A stretch of DNA of 64,000 nt. Source: Treponemataceae bacterium. GTDB taxonomy: Bacteria; Spirochaetota; Spirochaetia; Treponematales; Rectinemataceae. Of this stretch, positions 9,808 through 20,700 are shown piece by piece. Made by a program: the position numbers and the translations under genes. The notes under the pieces were generated by a model, which saw only the letters and a program-made list of their open reading frames with translations, searched no databases and had not been told where the DNA came from. The stretch lies in assembly GCA_963667725.2 (NCBI GenBank), contig CAXXHO010000005.1, positions 640,001 through 704,000 of the forward strand. The letters run 5' to 3'. The number at the start of each line of letters is the position of its first letter. The first letter of the stretch is position 1.

Positions 9808-10386
9808 ATGGAAATCCCGCTAAGCCTGAAAAAGACAGCCGACGGCCGCCTGGTCTACGGCATTCCCCTTTGGTACCGCGTAATGACGGGCATCATGATC
9901 GCCCTCATCCTCGGCGGCATGCTCACCACGGAAGGTTCGCCCGGCTTTATCGCCTGGTTCATCCTCGTCCTCCTCGTCCTCGGAGCGCTTTACGAGGAAG
10001 TCTGGATCGTCGACCCGAAGGCGAAGACCGTCCGACACCTGGGCGGTATTTGGCCGATAGCTCGCGCCCTAGTCGTGAACTTCAACGATGTCGAAGAGTT
10101 CGCCCTGGGAGCCTTTGCCCGCGGCACCGTCCCCGGATCGACCGAGGAATCGGCCGACAAGGAAAGAGCCTTCGCCATGATGAACGGCAAAGACACGAAC
10201 GATGCCGGCAAGAGCGCCTTCCTTAAGCTGGGGGCGCGCAAACCCTACATCAACCTCCTCTTGAGGACGAAATCAGGCGAAACCTACCTCGTGGACACCC
10301 TGCCAGCCCGACGGGGAGGCAGGCTCAAGAAAGCGGGCGAAGCGCTCGCTGAAGCCTGCGAAAGCCATTTTTCCGATAAGAACTGA
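9808..10386 (+). CDS. Hypothetical membrane protein
   Basis: Two N-terminal TM segments; host-like codon usage; promoter TTGCGC-N17-TATGCT 6 nt upstream of ATG 9808. Confidence 0.65.
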   Translation: MEIPLSLKKTADGRLVYGIPLWYRVMTGIMIALILGGMLTTEGSPGFIAWFILVLLVLGALYEEVWIVDPKAKTVRHLGGIWPIARALVVNFNDVEEFALGAFARGTVPGSTEESADKERAFAMMNGKDTNDAGKSAFLKLGARKPYINLLLRTKSGETYLVDTLPARRGGRLKKAGEALAEACESHFSDKN

Positions 10387-10451
10387 GCCGCGCCGGGCGC
10401 CATAAGCTGAGCCGCGCCAGGCGCTTTCGTTAAAAACAACATCCATTGAAA

Positions 10452-10492
10452 AGGGGCTGCCCGCGGATCGATCCGATCCGCGGGCAGCCCCC
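10452..10492. terminator. GC-rich hairpin between convergent genes (bidirectional terminator candidate)
   Basis: GGGGCTGCCCGCGGATC...GATCCGCGGGCAGCCCC. Confidence 0.65.
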
Positions 10493-10525
10493 TCGCATTA
10501 TAGCATTTGCGCCTCAGCGCCGCGT

Positions 10526-11530
10526 TCACTCCGGCTTGTGGTAGAGGAAGCAGGCCACCTGGTGGCCGCTTTCGGTTTCCTTCAGCTCGGGCCTGTATTT
10601 CTTGCAGATATCCATGCGCTTCCAGCAGCGGTCGTAGAAATAGCAGCCGGGACGCTGCTTGTCCGGCGAGGGCACGTCGCCCGTGAGGATGATGCGCTGG
10701 CGCTTGGCCTCAACCTTGGGGTCGGGGATGGGCGCGGCCGAAAGCAGGGCCTGGGTATAGGGATGCATGGGGTTCTTATACAGATCCTTCGAACCCGAAA
10801 TCTCCACGATCAGGCCCAGGTACATGACGGCCACCCTGTCGGAAATATACTGGATGACGGCGAGGTCGTGGGCGATGAAGAGATAGGTGAGTCCGAATTC
10901 CTTCTGCAGATCCTTGAAGAGATTGAGGATCTGGGACTGGATGGAGACGTCGAGGGCCGAGACCGGCTCGTCGCAGAGCATGAGCTCGGGCTTGAGGGCG
11001 AGGGCGCGGGCGATCCCGATCCTCTGGCGCTGACCGCCCGAAAACTCGTGCGGGTAGCGGTTCTTGAAGAAACGCGAAAGCCCCACGCGCTCCATGAGAT
11101 TGTCCACCCTGTCGTTGCGCTCTTCGGTGCTCATGTCGAGCAGGCCGCGCTGCTGGAATATCTTCATGGGCTCGGAGATGATCTCGCCCGCCGTCATGCG
11201 GGGATTGAGCGAGGCATAGGGATCCTGGAAAACCATCTGCATGTTCTTGCGCGCCGAAAGAAGATCGTGCGCCGAGGTCTTCATCAGATCCTTGCCCTTG
11301 AGGAAAACCTCGCCGGCCGTGGGCTTGTAAAGCTGGGCTATGGCGCGGACGGTCGTGGACTTTCCGCAGCCCGATTCGCCCACGAGACCGAGGGTTTCGC
11401 CCCGCTTTATCTGGAAACTGATGCCGTCCACCGCGTAGATATAGCCCTTTTCCTTGGAAAAGAGGGACCTCCCCAGGGAAAAGTGCATCTTAAGGTTGCG
11501 TACGTCCAGCAATACTTCGTTTTCGCTCAT
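10526..11530 (-). CDS. oppF: Oligopeptide ABC transporter ATP-binding protein
   Basis: [28 protein letters not shown]-terminal Cys cluster. Confidence 0.92.
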   Translation of the reverse strand: MSENEVLLDVRNLKMHFSLGRSLFSKEKGYIYAVDGISFQIKRGETLGLVGESGCGKSTTVRAIAQLYKPTAGEVFLKGKDLMKTSAHDLLSARKNMQMVFQDPYASLNPRMTAGEIISEPMKIFQQRGLLDMSTEERNDRVDNLMERVGLSRFFKNRYPHEFSGGQRQRIGIARALALKPELMLCDEPVSALDVSIQSQILNLFKDLQKEFGLTYLFIAHDLAVIQYISDRVAVMYLGLIVEISGSKDLYKNPMHPYTQALLSAAPIPDPKVEAKRQRIILTGDVPSPDKQRPGCYFYDRCWKRMDICKKYRPELKETESGHQVACFLYHKPE

Positions 11531-12513
11531 TTCTTTTCCTCCGCGTAGAGCCAGCACGACACGGCGCGGCCATTTTCCGAATGCACGACGGTGGGATATT
11601 TCTTCTTGCAGATATCCATCGCCTTTTCGCAGCGCGGATAGAAAGGACAGCAGTCCGGAAGGTCTATGACGTTAGGCGGCTGACCCTGGATGGAGAACAG
11701 ACGCTCGGAATTCTCCCTGTCCAGCCGGGGCACCGAGTGAATGAGGCCCTGGGTATAGGGATGCTTGGGCTCCCCGAAAATATCCTCGGTCTGTCCGCGC
11801 TCCACTACCCTGCCCGCGTACATGACGCAGATGGTGTTGCACATGCCGGCCACGACGCCCAAGGAGTGAGTGATCAGGATGACGGCCGTTCCCAGCTTCT
11901 TGGTGAGATCCTTCATCAGCTCGAGAATCTGCGCCTGGATCGTGACGTCGAGGGCGCTCGTCGGCTCGTCCGCGATGAGAATTTCGGGATTGCAGGAAAG
12001 CCCCATGGCGATCATGACGCGCTGGCGCATGCCGCCGGAGAACTGGTGCGGATACTGGTCGATGCGCTTCTCGGGCGCGGGAATCCCGGCCAGCTTGAGC
12101 ATCTCGATGGCCTTTGCCTTGGCCGCCTTCTTGTCCAGCCCCTGATGGAGGACGATAGTCTCTATCATCTGGGTGGAAACCTTGAGGAAGGGATTGAGCG
12201 AGGTCATCGGATCCTGGAAAATCATCGAAATCTTGTTTCCGCGGATCTGGCGGATCTCGTTCGCGGACATTTTGAGAATATCCTTTTCGTGGAAAAGCAC
12301 CTGGCCTCCGGCGATCTTTCCGGGCGGGTTCGGGATGAGGTTGATTATGGAGAGATTGGTGACGCTCTTGCCGGAACCGGACTCCCCCACGATGCCGAGC
12401 GTCTCGCCCTTGTGCAGGTCGAAACTCACGCCATCGACGGCTTTCACGATCCCCTCGTCAACGTGGAAATATGTCTTCAGGTCCTTGACCTGCAGAATGA
12501 CTTCTTCTGTCAT
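11527..12513 (-). CDS. oppD: Oligopeptide ABC transporter ATP-binding protein
   Basis: GESGSGKS, FQDPMTSLNP, FSGGMRQRVMIA. Confidence 0.93.
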   Translation of the reverse strand: MTEEVILQVKDLKTYFHVDEGIVKAVDGVSFDLHKGETLGIVGESGSGKSVTNLSIINLIPNPPGKIAGGQVLFHEKDILKMSANEIRQIRGNKISMIFQDPMTSLNPFLKVSTQMIETIVLHQGLDKKAAKAKAIEMLKLAGIPAPEKRIDQYPHQFSGGMRQRVMIAMGLSCNPEILIADEPTSALDVTIQAQILELMKDLTKKLGTAVILITHSLGVVAGMCNTICVMYAGRVVERGQTEDIFGEPKHPYTQGLIHSVPRLDRENSERLFSIQGQPPNVIDLPDCCPFYPRCEKAMDICKKKYPTVVHSENGRAVSCWLYAEEKK

Positions 12514-12529
12514 GCTTGCGGCTCCTTGC

Positions 12530-13774
12530 TCAGGTTCGGTTTTTGCTCTGCGGATCCAGCGCGTCGCGCAGACCGTCTCCCAGGAAGTTCATAGAGAACA
12601 GGAAGATAGTCATGGCAATCGCCGGGCCCAGGAGCTGCCAGGTCGAATACTCCATCGCTTTGACACCCTCGGAAACCAGGGTTCCCCAGGACGCGTCGGG
12701 CGCCGAAACGCCGAGGCCAAGGAAGGAGAGGAAAGATTCGTTCATGATGAAGCTGGGCATCAGCAGGGTGGAAAATACCACGATGACGCCCAGGGTGTTC
12801 GGAAGCAGGTGACGGAAGATGATCCTCGGCACGCTCGCGCCCATGGATCTGGCCGCCTCGACGAACTCAGAGTTTTTCAGGCTGATGATCTGGCCGCGCA
12901 CGACGCGCGCTATCGTAAGCCAGGACACCAGGGCTATGGCTATAAAGAGGATGACGAAACTCCCCCTCGCCTTCTCGCCTATCATCGCCATGATGATGAT
13001 GACCATGAGCATATAGGGCAGGCCGTACATTATATCGACGAAGCGCATCATGAGATTGTCGAGCCAGCCGCCGATGTAGCCTGAAACCGCGCCGAAGATG
13101 ATGCCCACCAGAGCGGCGGTAATGGTGCCCACGATGCCGATGGCGAGGGAAATCCTTCCGCCGTAGATGATGCGGGAGAACATGTCGCGTCCGAGATCGT
13201 CGGTGCCGAGAACGTACACCTTTTTGGCCGAGGGATTGGTCTCCATCTCCGCCTTGACCCGCTCGAGTTCCGTCTTCTGGAATTCAAGCTCACGGGCAAG
13301 AGGATCGGCCGAAGCCGTGGTGTCGGTGCCGGTGCCGCCGAAGTTGAGCGAAAAACTCTGGTTCGGATCGACTTCGCCCTCGGTGGGAACCACCTCCGCG
13401 GTCGGGCCGAAGTTGAAGCCCGATGAGGGATTATAGCCCGTCTCCGCCTCGAGCGCCTGGTGCGACTTGATCGTTTCCTCGAGGTCGATGATCCTCTTCT
13501 CCAGTTTCGCCACGACGAGGGCGCCTGCTGGCTTGAACGAAGGCGCCAGGGAAGCGTTGGAGAGGATCTGCTCTTTGTAGTCGTGGATGACGCCCATCGA
13601 CGAGAGAAGGGGGGCGGCAAGGGTTATGATAATATAGAAGGAGACGATATAGAGGCTGACGAGGGCCATCCTGTTTTTGCGCAGCCTCTTCCAGGCATCT
13701 GCCCAGAGGGAGACCGGCTTCATCACCTGATTGAACTCGTTGACCGCCTGCGTTTCTTTCTTGTTGTCACTCAT
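12530..13774 (-). CDS. oppC: Oligopeptide ABC transporter permease with a large extracytoplasmic insertion
   Basis: SLWADAWKRLRKNR, LGTDDLGRD, EFVEAARSMGA. Confidence 0.9.
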   Translation of the reverse strand: MSDNKKETQAVNEFNQVMKPVSLWADAWKRLRKNRMALVSLYIVSFYIIITLAAPLLSSMGVIHDYKEQILSNASLAPSFKPAGALVVAKLEKRIIDLEETIKSHQALEAETGYNPSSGFNFGPTAEVVPTEGEVDPNQSFSLNFGGTGTDTTASADPLARELEFQKTELERVKAEMETNPSAKKVYVLGTDDLGRDMFSRIIYGGRISLAIGIVGTITAALVGIIFGAVSGYIGGWLDNLMMRFVDIMYGLPYMLMVIIIMAMIGEKARGSFVILFIAIALVSWLTIARVVRGQIISLKNSEFVEAARSMGASVPRIIFRHLLPNTLGVIVVFSTLLMPSFIMNESFLSFLGLGVSAPDASWGTLVSEGVKAMEYSTWQLLGPAIAMTIFLFSMNFLGDGLRDALDPQSKNRT

Positions 13775-13783
13775 TCCTGACTC

Positions 13784-14710
13784 CTACTTGTAAGAAATGC
13801 GCGGATCGAGGAATCCGTAGATGATGTCCACGATAAGGTTGGCCATGATGAGGACGATCGAATAGACGACGACCTCTCCCATGATCAAGGTGTAATCGCG
13901 GTTGATGGCGGACTGGACGAAGGGCCTTCCGATGCCGGGCACGAGGAAGACCGATTCGACCACGACGGAACCTACGACGATGCCAGAAAAAGCCGGGCCG
14001 AGGTAGGTGACGACGGGAAGAAGGGCGCCTTTCAGCACGTGCTTCCACACGACAACCGATTCCTTAAGCCCCTTGGCGCGCGCCGTCCTGATGTAGTCGG
14101 AACGGAGCACCTCGAGAATGCTCGCGCGGGAAAGCCTGGCGATATAGGCGAAGTAGGGGAAGGACAGGGTAAGCGCCGGCAGGATGATCGCCTTCCATCC
14201 GTGAACCGACACCCATTGCCCCATAGGCAAGATCTTCCACCTCATGCCGACGAAGAGCTGCAGAACAGGACCCATGACGAAGAGCGGCACCGAAATGCCC
14301 ACCACGGCGATCGACACCGCGACATAATCGGGCCACTTGTTCTGCCTGAGCGCCGATATGATGCCGACGGCCACGCCCGAGAAGACGGACATGACGAGGG
14401 CGGTGACGCCGAGGGCCATAGACACGGGCAAGCCCTGGTCGATCATCTCGTTGACCGTGATATCCCTGTATCGGAAAGAAGGACCCAGATCCCAGCGGAG
14501 AATATCGCCCAAGTAGCGCAGATATTGTCTGCCGAGAGACTCGTCCATATGGTAACGCTTCAGGAGATTCTGGAGGATTATCTCCGGAACATCCTTTTCC
14601 CGCGAAAACGGGCCGCCGGGAGCAAGCCTGATCATGAAGAAGCTCAAGGTTATGATGATGAGCAGCGTGGGAATCAGGCTCAACACTCTCCGAATGAAAT
14701 AACGTGCCAT
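13784..14710 (-). CDS. oppB: Oligopeptide ABC transporter permease
   Basis: RLAPGGPF, DLGPSF, DYIRTARAKGL. Confidence 0.93.
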   Translation of the reverse strand: MARYFIRRVLSLIPTLLIIITLSFFMIRLAPGGPFSREKDVPEIILQNLLKRYHMDESLGRQYLRYLGDILRWDLGPSFRYRDITVNEMIDQGLPVSMALGVTALVMSVFSGVAVGIISALRQNKWPDYVAVSIAVVGISVPLFVMGPVLQLFVGMRWKILPMGQWVSVHGWKAIILPALTLSFPYFAYIARLSRASILEVLRSDYIRTARAKGLKESVVVWKHVLKGALLPVVTYLGPAFSGIVVGSVVVESVFLVPGIGRPFVQSAINRDYTLIMGEVVVYSIVLIMANLIVDIIYGFLDPRISYK

Positions 14711-14893
14711 CCGGGATCACTCCTTTTTTTATCTGCCAAGCGCGCAACTACCCCGTAAAAAAAACAAACGTGACAGATTCGCGTGACAAGGATTATAGGA
14801 TGAGCTGAGAACTTTGGTAGTCTCAAGGGAATCAATTATAGCCCGAAACCCTGAAACGTGCTAGGGCCATATTTCACGGGAAAGGCGGCGGAC

Positions 14894-14922
14894 AAAAAAA
14901 GGCCGGGGAAAACCCCGGCCTT
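14894..14922 (-). terminator. Rho-independent terminator after oppA
   Basis: GGCCGGGG-AAAA-CCCCGGCC hairpin followed by T7 on the minus strand. Confidence 0.75.
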
Positions 14923-14944
14923 GGACGCATGATTCAGTCCGCGC

Positions 14945-16492
14945 TTATTTCTTGGGGCGGATGAATTTCCAGGGGTGCTGGTTCATCGGGTTCGGATACC
15001 AGCCGTCCCACTTGGAGAGGTCGACCATGTTCTGGGTGACATAGAAATAGAAGGGAAGAATGGCCATGTCCTCATCGATGAGAACCTTTTCGGCGTCGCC
15101 GAGGGCTTTCATTCGCTCGGCACCGGAGGTGACGCGGGCTTTGTTGATGAGTTCGTCGTATCGCTTGTTGGAATACAGACCATCGTTCTGGGTTCCGCCG
15201 GTGACCCACATATCGCTGAAGGTCGAGGGATCCAGATAGTCGGCGATCCAGCCGGCACGGGCCATGTCGAAGTTGTGGGACTGGGACCTGGTGTCGAGGT
15301 AGGTACCCCACTCCTGGTTCACGAGGTTGACATCGATGCCGAGATTGGTCTTCCACTGGGCCTGGACGAATTCGGCGATCTTTTTATGGCTGGCGCTGGT
15401 GTTGTAGAGAATGGAGAAGGAGGGAAAACCCTTGCCGCCCGGATAGCCGGCGTCGGCGAGAAGCTTGCGCGCGGCTTCGGGATCGAAGGCGAATCCCTTG
15501 GCGGGGGTGTAGCCGGTCGAGGGCGGGACGAAGGAGTCGGCCGGAATCTGGCCGCCCTTGGTGACCTGCTCGACGAGGGCTTTCTTGTCGAAGGCCATCG
15601 CGAGAGCCTTGCGGACGCGAACGTCGTCGAGGGGCTTGCGGGTTACGTTGATGATGTAATAGTAGGTGCCATACTCGGGGGCCACATGGAAGTTCTTGTC
15701 GAGCTTGATCTGATCCATGAGTTCGAGAGGAACGGTGTCGATCCAGTCAGCCGCGCCGCTCTTGTAGAGGTTGTAGCCGACGTTGACATCGTCATTGGCG
15801 AGGAAGGTGACTTGCTTGAGACCGACGTTCTTGGCATCCCAGTATTTGTTGTTCTTTACGACAACGACTCTTTCCTGGGGCTTCTGTTCCTTGAGAACGA
15901 AGGGACCGTTGGATACCCAGTTCTGCGGCTTGACCCACTCATTGCCGAATTTCTCGATGGCGTGCATCGGGACGATCGCGAACGCATAGTGCACGACCAT
16001 GTCGGGGAAGAAGGGGGTGGGGCCGACGAGTTTGACTTCAAAGGTGGATTTGTCCACGGCGCGGATCTTCACTGCCTCGGGACCGGCCTTGCCGGAGAGG
16101 TAGTCCATGCCGCCCTCGATGTACGCGGCCGGAAGGTCGGCGTACTGGAAAGCGTTCTTGGGATCCATCTTGCGCAGCCAGGACTTGACTACGGTGTCGG
16201 CGGTGATTTCGACGCCATCGGACCAGGTCGCCTTGCGAAGCTTGAAAGTGATGGTCTTGTAATCCTTGCTGAAGCTCCAGCTCTCGGCAAGGCCGGGAAG
16301 GGCGCGATTCGTTTTCGGATCTCCGATGGTAAGTCCCTCGAAGAGGGCCATATAGATTCTGTGCTCGGGCACGCCTTCAACGGCATGGGGATCCAGAGAC
16401 ACAGGCTCGGTTCCGTTAACGATGGTGAAGCTCTGCGCACCAAGCGCCACTACTGAAAGAAGCGCGAAAAGGACAAATAGACCCCTTTTCAT
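14945..16492 (-). CDS. oppA: Oligopeptide ABC transporter substrate-binding protein
   Basis: NGTEPVSLDP, ATWSDG, VSNGPF, RAGWIADY. Confidence 0.93.
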   Translation of the reverse strand: MKRGLFVLFALLSVVALGAQSFTIVNGTEPVSLDPHAVEGVPEHRIYMALFEGLTIGDPKTNRALPGLAESWSFSKDYKTITFKLRKATWSDGVEITADTVVKSWLRKMDPKNAFQYADLPAAYIEGGMDYLSGKAGPEAVKIRAVDKSTFEVKLVGPTPFFPDMVVHYAFAIVPMHAIEKFGNEWVKPQNWVSNGPFVLKEQKPQERVVVVKNNKYWDAKNVGLKQVTFLANDDVNVGYNLYKSGAADWIDTVPLELMDQIKLDKNFHVAPEYGTYYYIINVTRKPLDDVRVRKALAMAFDKKALVEQVTKGGQIPADSFVPPSTGYTPAKGFAFDPEAARKLLADAGYPGGKGFPSFSILYNTSASHKKIAEFVQAQWKTNLGIDVNLVNQEWGTYLDTRSQSHNFDMARAGWIADYLDPSTFSDMWVTGGTQNDGLYSNKRYDELINKARVTSGAERMKALGDAEKVLIDEDMAILPFYFYVTQNMVDLSKWDGWYPNPMNQHPWKFIRPKK

Positions 16493-16563
16493 TCGTACCT
16501 CCTGTTAAAATTGTACTTGTTAAACTATATACTTGCCACAACAGGAATGCAACAATAATTTTC

Positions 16564-17736
16564 ATGGAGCGATTCATGTTCACCTTTAATTCACCGACCA
16601 GACTCGTTTTCGGAAACGGCGTCGCCAGAACGGCGGCCAAGGAAATCGCCGCGATGGGTTCACGCAAGGTTCTCATCGTCACGGGTCCCGGCAGAACGGC
16701 TTCCTCGGAGGCCGTGGCGAGCCTGAAACTGAGCCTGGAAGAAGGCGGAATTGTCTATTTCCATTACGCGGGAGCGGGGTCAGACCCCACGACCTCCATG
16801 GTGGATGAGGGCGCGGCACGCTATAAAGCCGAAGGCTGCGACGCCATCATCGGGCTAGGCGGCGGCAGCCCCCTCGACTGCGCGAAAGGCATAGGAGCGT
16901 CGATCGGCGAAGGCAGACCCATAAGGGATTTCGTCGGCACGGGGCTCGCTTTCGGCGCTCCCGTCCCACCCCTCCTGGCGATTCCCACGACGGCGGGCAC
17001 GGGCTCGGAAGTGACGAACGCGGCCGTCTTCACCTATAGGGAGGGCGATAGAAAAGTGAAGAAGGGAACGGCGGGACAGTCCCTTTTCCCCCGCGTCGCC
17101 CTCGTCGACCCCCTCCTGCACGTCACCATGCCGCCCGAGCTCACCGCGGCAACGGGCATGGACGCCCTTACGCACGCGGTGGAAGCCTACGTGAGCAGAT
17201 CGCACACGCCGATAGCCGACCTTTTTTGCCTGGAAGCGATACGGCTCATCGGGGAGAACCTCAAAAGAGCGCACAAACATGGCGACGATCTGGACGCGAG
17301 GGCGGGCATGGCCCTCGCCTCGACGATGGCCGGCGCGGCACTGTCCCAGGCCGGCCTGGGCATGGTGCACGGCTTCGCGCACGCGGCCGGCGCACTGGCA
17401 GGCCTGCCCCACGGGCTGGCCAACGCGATCATACTCCCCTACGTCATGCAGGCATGCATTCCCGACGCCAGCATAAGGCTTTCCAACATCGGCAAGGCGC
17501 TGACGGGAAGGCACTCGGCCACAGCGATCGACGCCGTGGGAGCCATGGCGGAACTGGGCTCCGAAATAGGCATTCCGCCCAACCTTTTCAGCGCGGGGGT
17601 TTCGGAAGATCTCCTTCAGGCCATCTTCGACGACGCGAAAACCTACAAGCGAAGGCCGCAGAGCCCGCGCGCCTTCACCGACGAGGAACTGAAAATCCTC
17701 CTCCGAAAGGCCTGGTCGGAGAATATGGCGGAATAA
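16564..17736 (+). CDS. Iron-containing alcohol dehydrogenase
   Basis: GLGGGSPLD, IPTTAGTGSE, DALTHAVE, HGFAH, HGLAN. Confidence 0.92.
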   Translation: MERFMFTFNSPTRLVFGNGVARTAAKEIAAMGSRKVLIVTGPGRTASSEAVASLKLSLEEGGIVYFHYAGAGSDPTTSMVDEGAARYKAEGCDAIIGLGGGSPLDCAKGIGASIGEGRPIRDFVGTGLAFGAPVPPLLAIPTTAGTGSEVTNAAVFTYREGDRKVKKGTAGQSLFPRVALVDPLLHVTMPPELTAATGMDALTHAVEAYVSRSHTPIADLFCLEAIRLIGENLKRAHKHGDDLDARAGMALASTMAGAALSQAGLGMVHGFAHAAGALAGLPHGLANAIILPYVMQACIPDASIRLSNIGKALTGRHSATAIDAVGAMAELGSEIGIPPNLFSAGVSEDLLQAIFDDAKTYKRRPQSPRAFTDEELKILLRKAWSENMAE

Positions 17737-17739
17737 CTA

Positions 17740-20700
17740 TTAGGCCTCGTCGGGGGCCAGGGCGGACTGCGAAAGACGCGATCCGACGGGAGTCTTCTCG
17801 ACAACGATGCAGGCGGGGATGCGCGAGCGCAAGGCACCCACATGGGACACGATGCCGATCACCCTCGAGCCGCGGATCTTGTCCAGCACCGAAATAGCCC
17901 GGTCGAGCGTCTCGTCGTCGAGGGAGCCGAACCCCTCGTCGATGAAGACAGCGTCGAGGGATACGCCGCCGTTCTGGTCGCGGATGGCGTCCGCGAGACC
18001 GAGGGCGAGACTGATGGAGGTGAGGAATTTCTCGCCGCCCGAGAGGGTGGTGGTGGGGCGGTCCAGGCCTGTCCAGGAATCGAGGACACGAAGGCCGAGG
18101 CCGATCTTGCCGCGGCCCGAACCGACGCCCGGGCCTTCCTCGGGTTTGAGATAATACCTGCCGTCCGACATCCGCGAAAGATGGACCGAAGCGCGCCTCG
18201 TCACCTCGCGGAAATACATGGCCAGAACGAAATTCTTGAAGGTGAGGCGCTTGCCCGGGATTTCGCCGCGCAGGAGTTCCGAAAGGCGATAGAGGCTACG
18301 GCTGCCCGCTTCGAGGGTATCCCGCTGCAGCAGGAGGGCGGAGCGGCGCGCGAGCGTTTCCTCGAGGCGGCCGATGGAGAGGCGGCAGGTATTGGAACGC
18401 TCGCGCGCCGCGTCCAGCGCCGCTTGCGCCTCGCGAAGGGCAGCCTCCAGAGAAGCCATGTCGGGCAGCTCCCGTCCGGGAAGGGGAAGATCGGCCTCGA
18501 GGGATGTTGCCAGGGCTCGCGCGGCGGCCAGGGACTCCCTGTAAGTGGAAACTGCCCGCTCCTCGGCGGCGAGGACTCCCTGAGGGAGCAAGCGGGCTTG
18601 TACGAGCGCGATGACCTGACCGAGGCCGCCGCAGCCTTCGCCCAAAACCGCTTCCAGCGCCGAGGCTCCCCGAGAGGGGAGCGCCAGGGCCGCGGCCTTC
18701 TCATCCTCCTGAAGGAAACCCTCCTGCGACAGCGACTCGGCGAGCCGGGAGAACTCGGCCCAAAGCGAAGCGATCGAAGCGTCCCTTTCGCGCTCTATCG
18801 TCGCCGATCGCGCCTTCGTCGTGGCGAGGTTTTCTTCCCAAGCCGAACATTCGGCCTCAAGCCGCGTTTTTTCATTTTCGAGCGCCTCGAGAGCCTTCAG
18901 CGCCGCGGCATGCCGGGGCGTTGGATCTTCCCGCCCCGATTCCCGCTCAGCCTCCAGAAGCAGCGCCTTCTTGGCCGCGAGATCAGCCCTGGCCTTTTCT
19001 GCCTGAACGCGAAGCGCCTCGAGAACTTCCGCCCTTTGGGCGAGAATTTTCTCCGAGCCCGCGGCCTCGCGGCGGCGCGCCTCAAAGCGGGAAGCGAGCA
19101 GTCTGCCTTCCGAGAGCGCCGCGGCATTCTCTCGCGAAAAGCGCGCGAGATACATGCCGAAGGAAGCCGTGGCCTTTTCGTCGAGGCGAGCGGCCCAGGA
19201 AGAGATTCCGCCGTCCCCACGGCTGATTTCTTCGGGTATAATCCCCGCTTCAGACAGCGCCGCGCCGACGGCTTCGACGCTCTCTCCCATCTCGGCGCCC
19301 AGGGCGTCGAGCGCGGCGCCTATTTCGCCTAACCTCTCGCCGGCGTGCGCGAGGCTGGCCGCGAGACCGGCCGAGTCGGCGGAAAGCCGCGCCCCGCGCG
19401 CCCTCGCCGACTCGATATCGGAGAAGGAAGGAGAGCCGCTTTCAACGCTAAGCGCCGCTGGCGAAGGATGATCCCGGGAACCGCAGACGGGGCAAGGCTC
19501 CCCGGGTAGCAGGCTCCCCGCCAGATGAAAGGCCTCGGAATGCGCGGCGGCAGCTTCCAAGGCTGCTAAGTCCGCCGCAACCTTTTCACCGGCGGCGACT
19601 GTTTCGCGATGCGCGATTTCATATTCGCGTTTCGATTTATTCGCTTTGGCGTAATCGACAAATAACGTTGAGCGACGCTTATTCAGCTCCGCGACGACGG
19701 CTATACCCGATGAAAGCGACTGGCGACGCTCCAGCTCGGCGCGCAGAAGAGCTTCCTCGTCAGGCTTCGGCTTCAACGCTTCGATTTCGCGCTTAACCGC
19801 GTCCACTCCGGCAACTTCGCTCGCATAACGTCCATCCAGTTCAAGGGAAAGCTTCTCGGCTCCGGCGCAAACCTCGAGAGCCTCGGCGCGGCGTTTCCAG
19901 ACTTCCATGGCCTTCCCCAGGCCGAAGACTTCCTGCCGCTTCGCCTGAATGAGGGAAGCGCATTCCCCTATCCTCGCGCGCCTGGCGTCGAGCTCGGGAC
20001 GGGCGGCCGCGAGAACGCGCAGCTCCTCCGAAAGAAGGGCGACGCGGCCCGACAGGTCGAGCGCCGCGGCCTTGGCCTTGGAAAAAGCCAGGGCAAAAGG
20101 AGCCGCCGAGGCCGCGGCCTTGGCAAGGCCCAGCCGCGCCGCCCGGGAATCCTCAGCCGCGCCCCTATCCTCCAGCGCCGCAAGAGCCTTGGCCGCATCC
20201 TGGGCCTTGGCCACCCGCGCCGCCCTTTCCTTTTCCCTTTCCAGCGCCCGCTCGCGGGCGGCCGCTTCCCCCATAGCCCCGGCTTCCAGCCCCAGGACCG
20301 TCTCTAGTTCCTCCCTCAGGGCGGCAAGCCTCGCGTCGGGATCCTCCCCAAGCTCAGCCTCCAGACGCGAAATCTCCGCGTCCAGCACCGAAAGCTCCAG
20401 CCGAGCGCCCTGCGTCCTCGCCTTCGCTATCTCCGTGATCCTCTCATGGAGCCCGACGGGAAAAAGCTTTTCGAGCACCTGACTTCTCTCGGTAGACTCC
20501 ATCTCCAGAAACTTCTGGAAATCGCCCTGGGGAAGGAGGATTATCTTGGAAAACTCGTCGGCGCTAAGCCCGATGAGCTTGGAAATCTTCTCGTTCGCGT
20601 CCCTCACCCCGTCGGCCAGCACGCGCCAGCCGCCTGGGTAAGCGGCGTCGGCCGCGAAGAAAGCCGCGGCGGGCGGCACCTCCGTCAGGCCGCCGCCGCG

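Noticed and set aside
10383..10424. Short direct repeat CTGAGCCGCGCC(G/A)GGCGC x2 at a gene end
   Set aside because: Only two copies, a local duplication beside a terminator; no further support
16776..16788. Exact GGGGTCAGACCCC core inside the alcohol dehydrogenase CDS
   Set aside because: No AAGTTAA arms, lies in-frame in an intact gene (G-S-D-P codons), far from the array; treated as chance, though it could be a latent target
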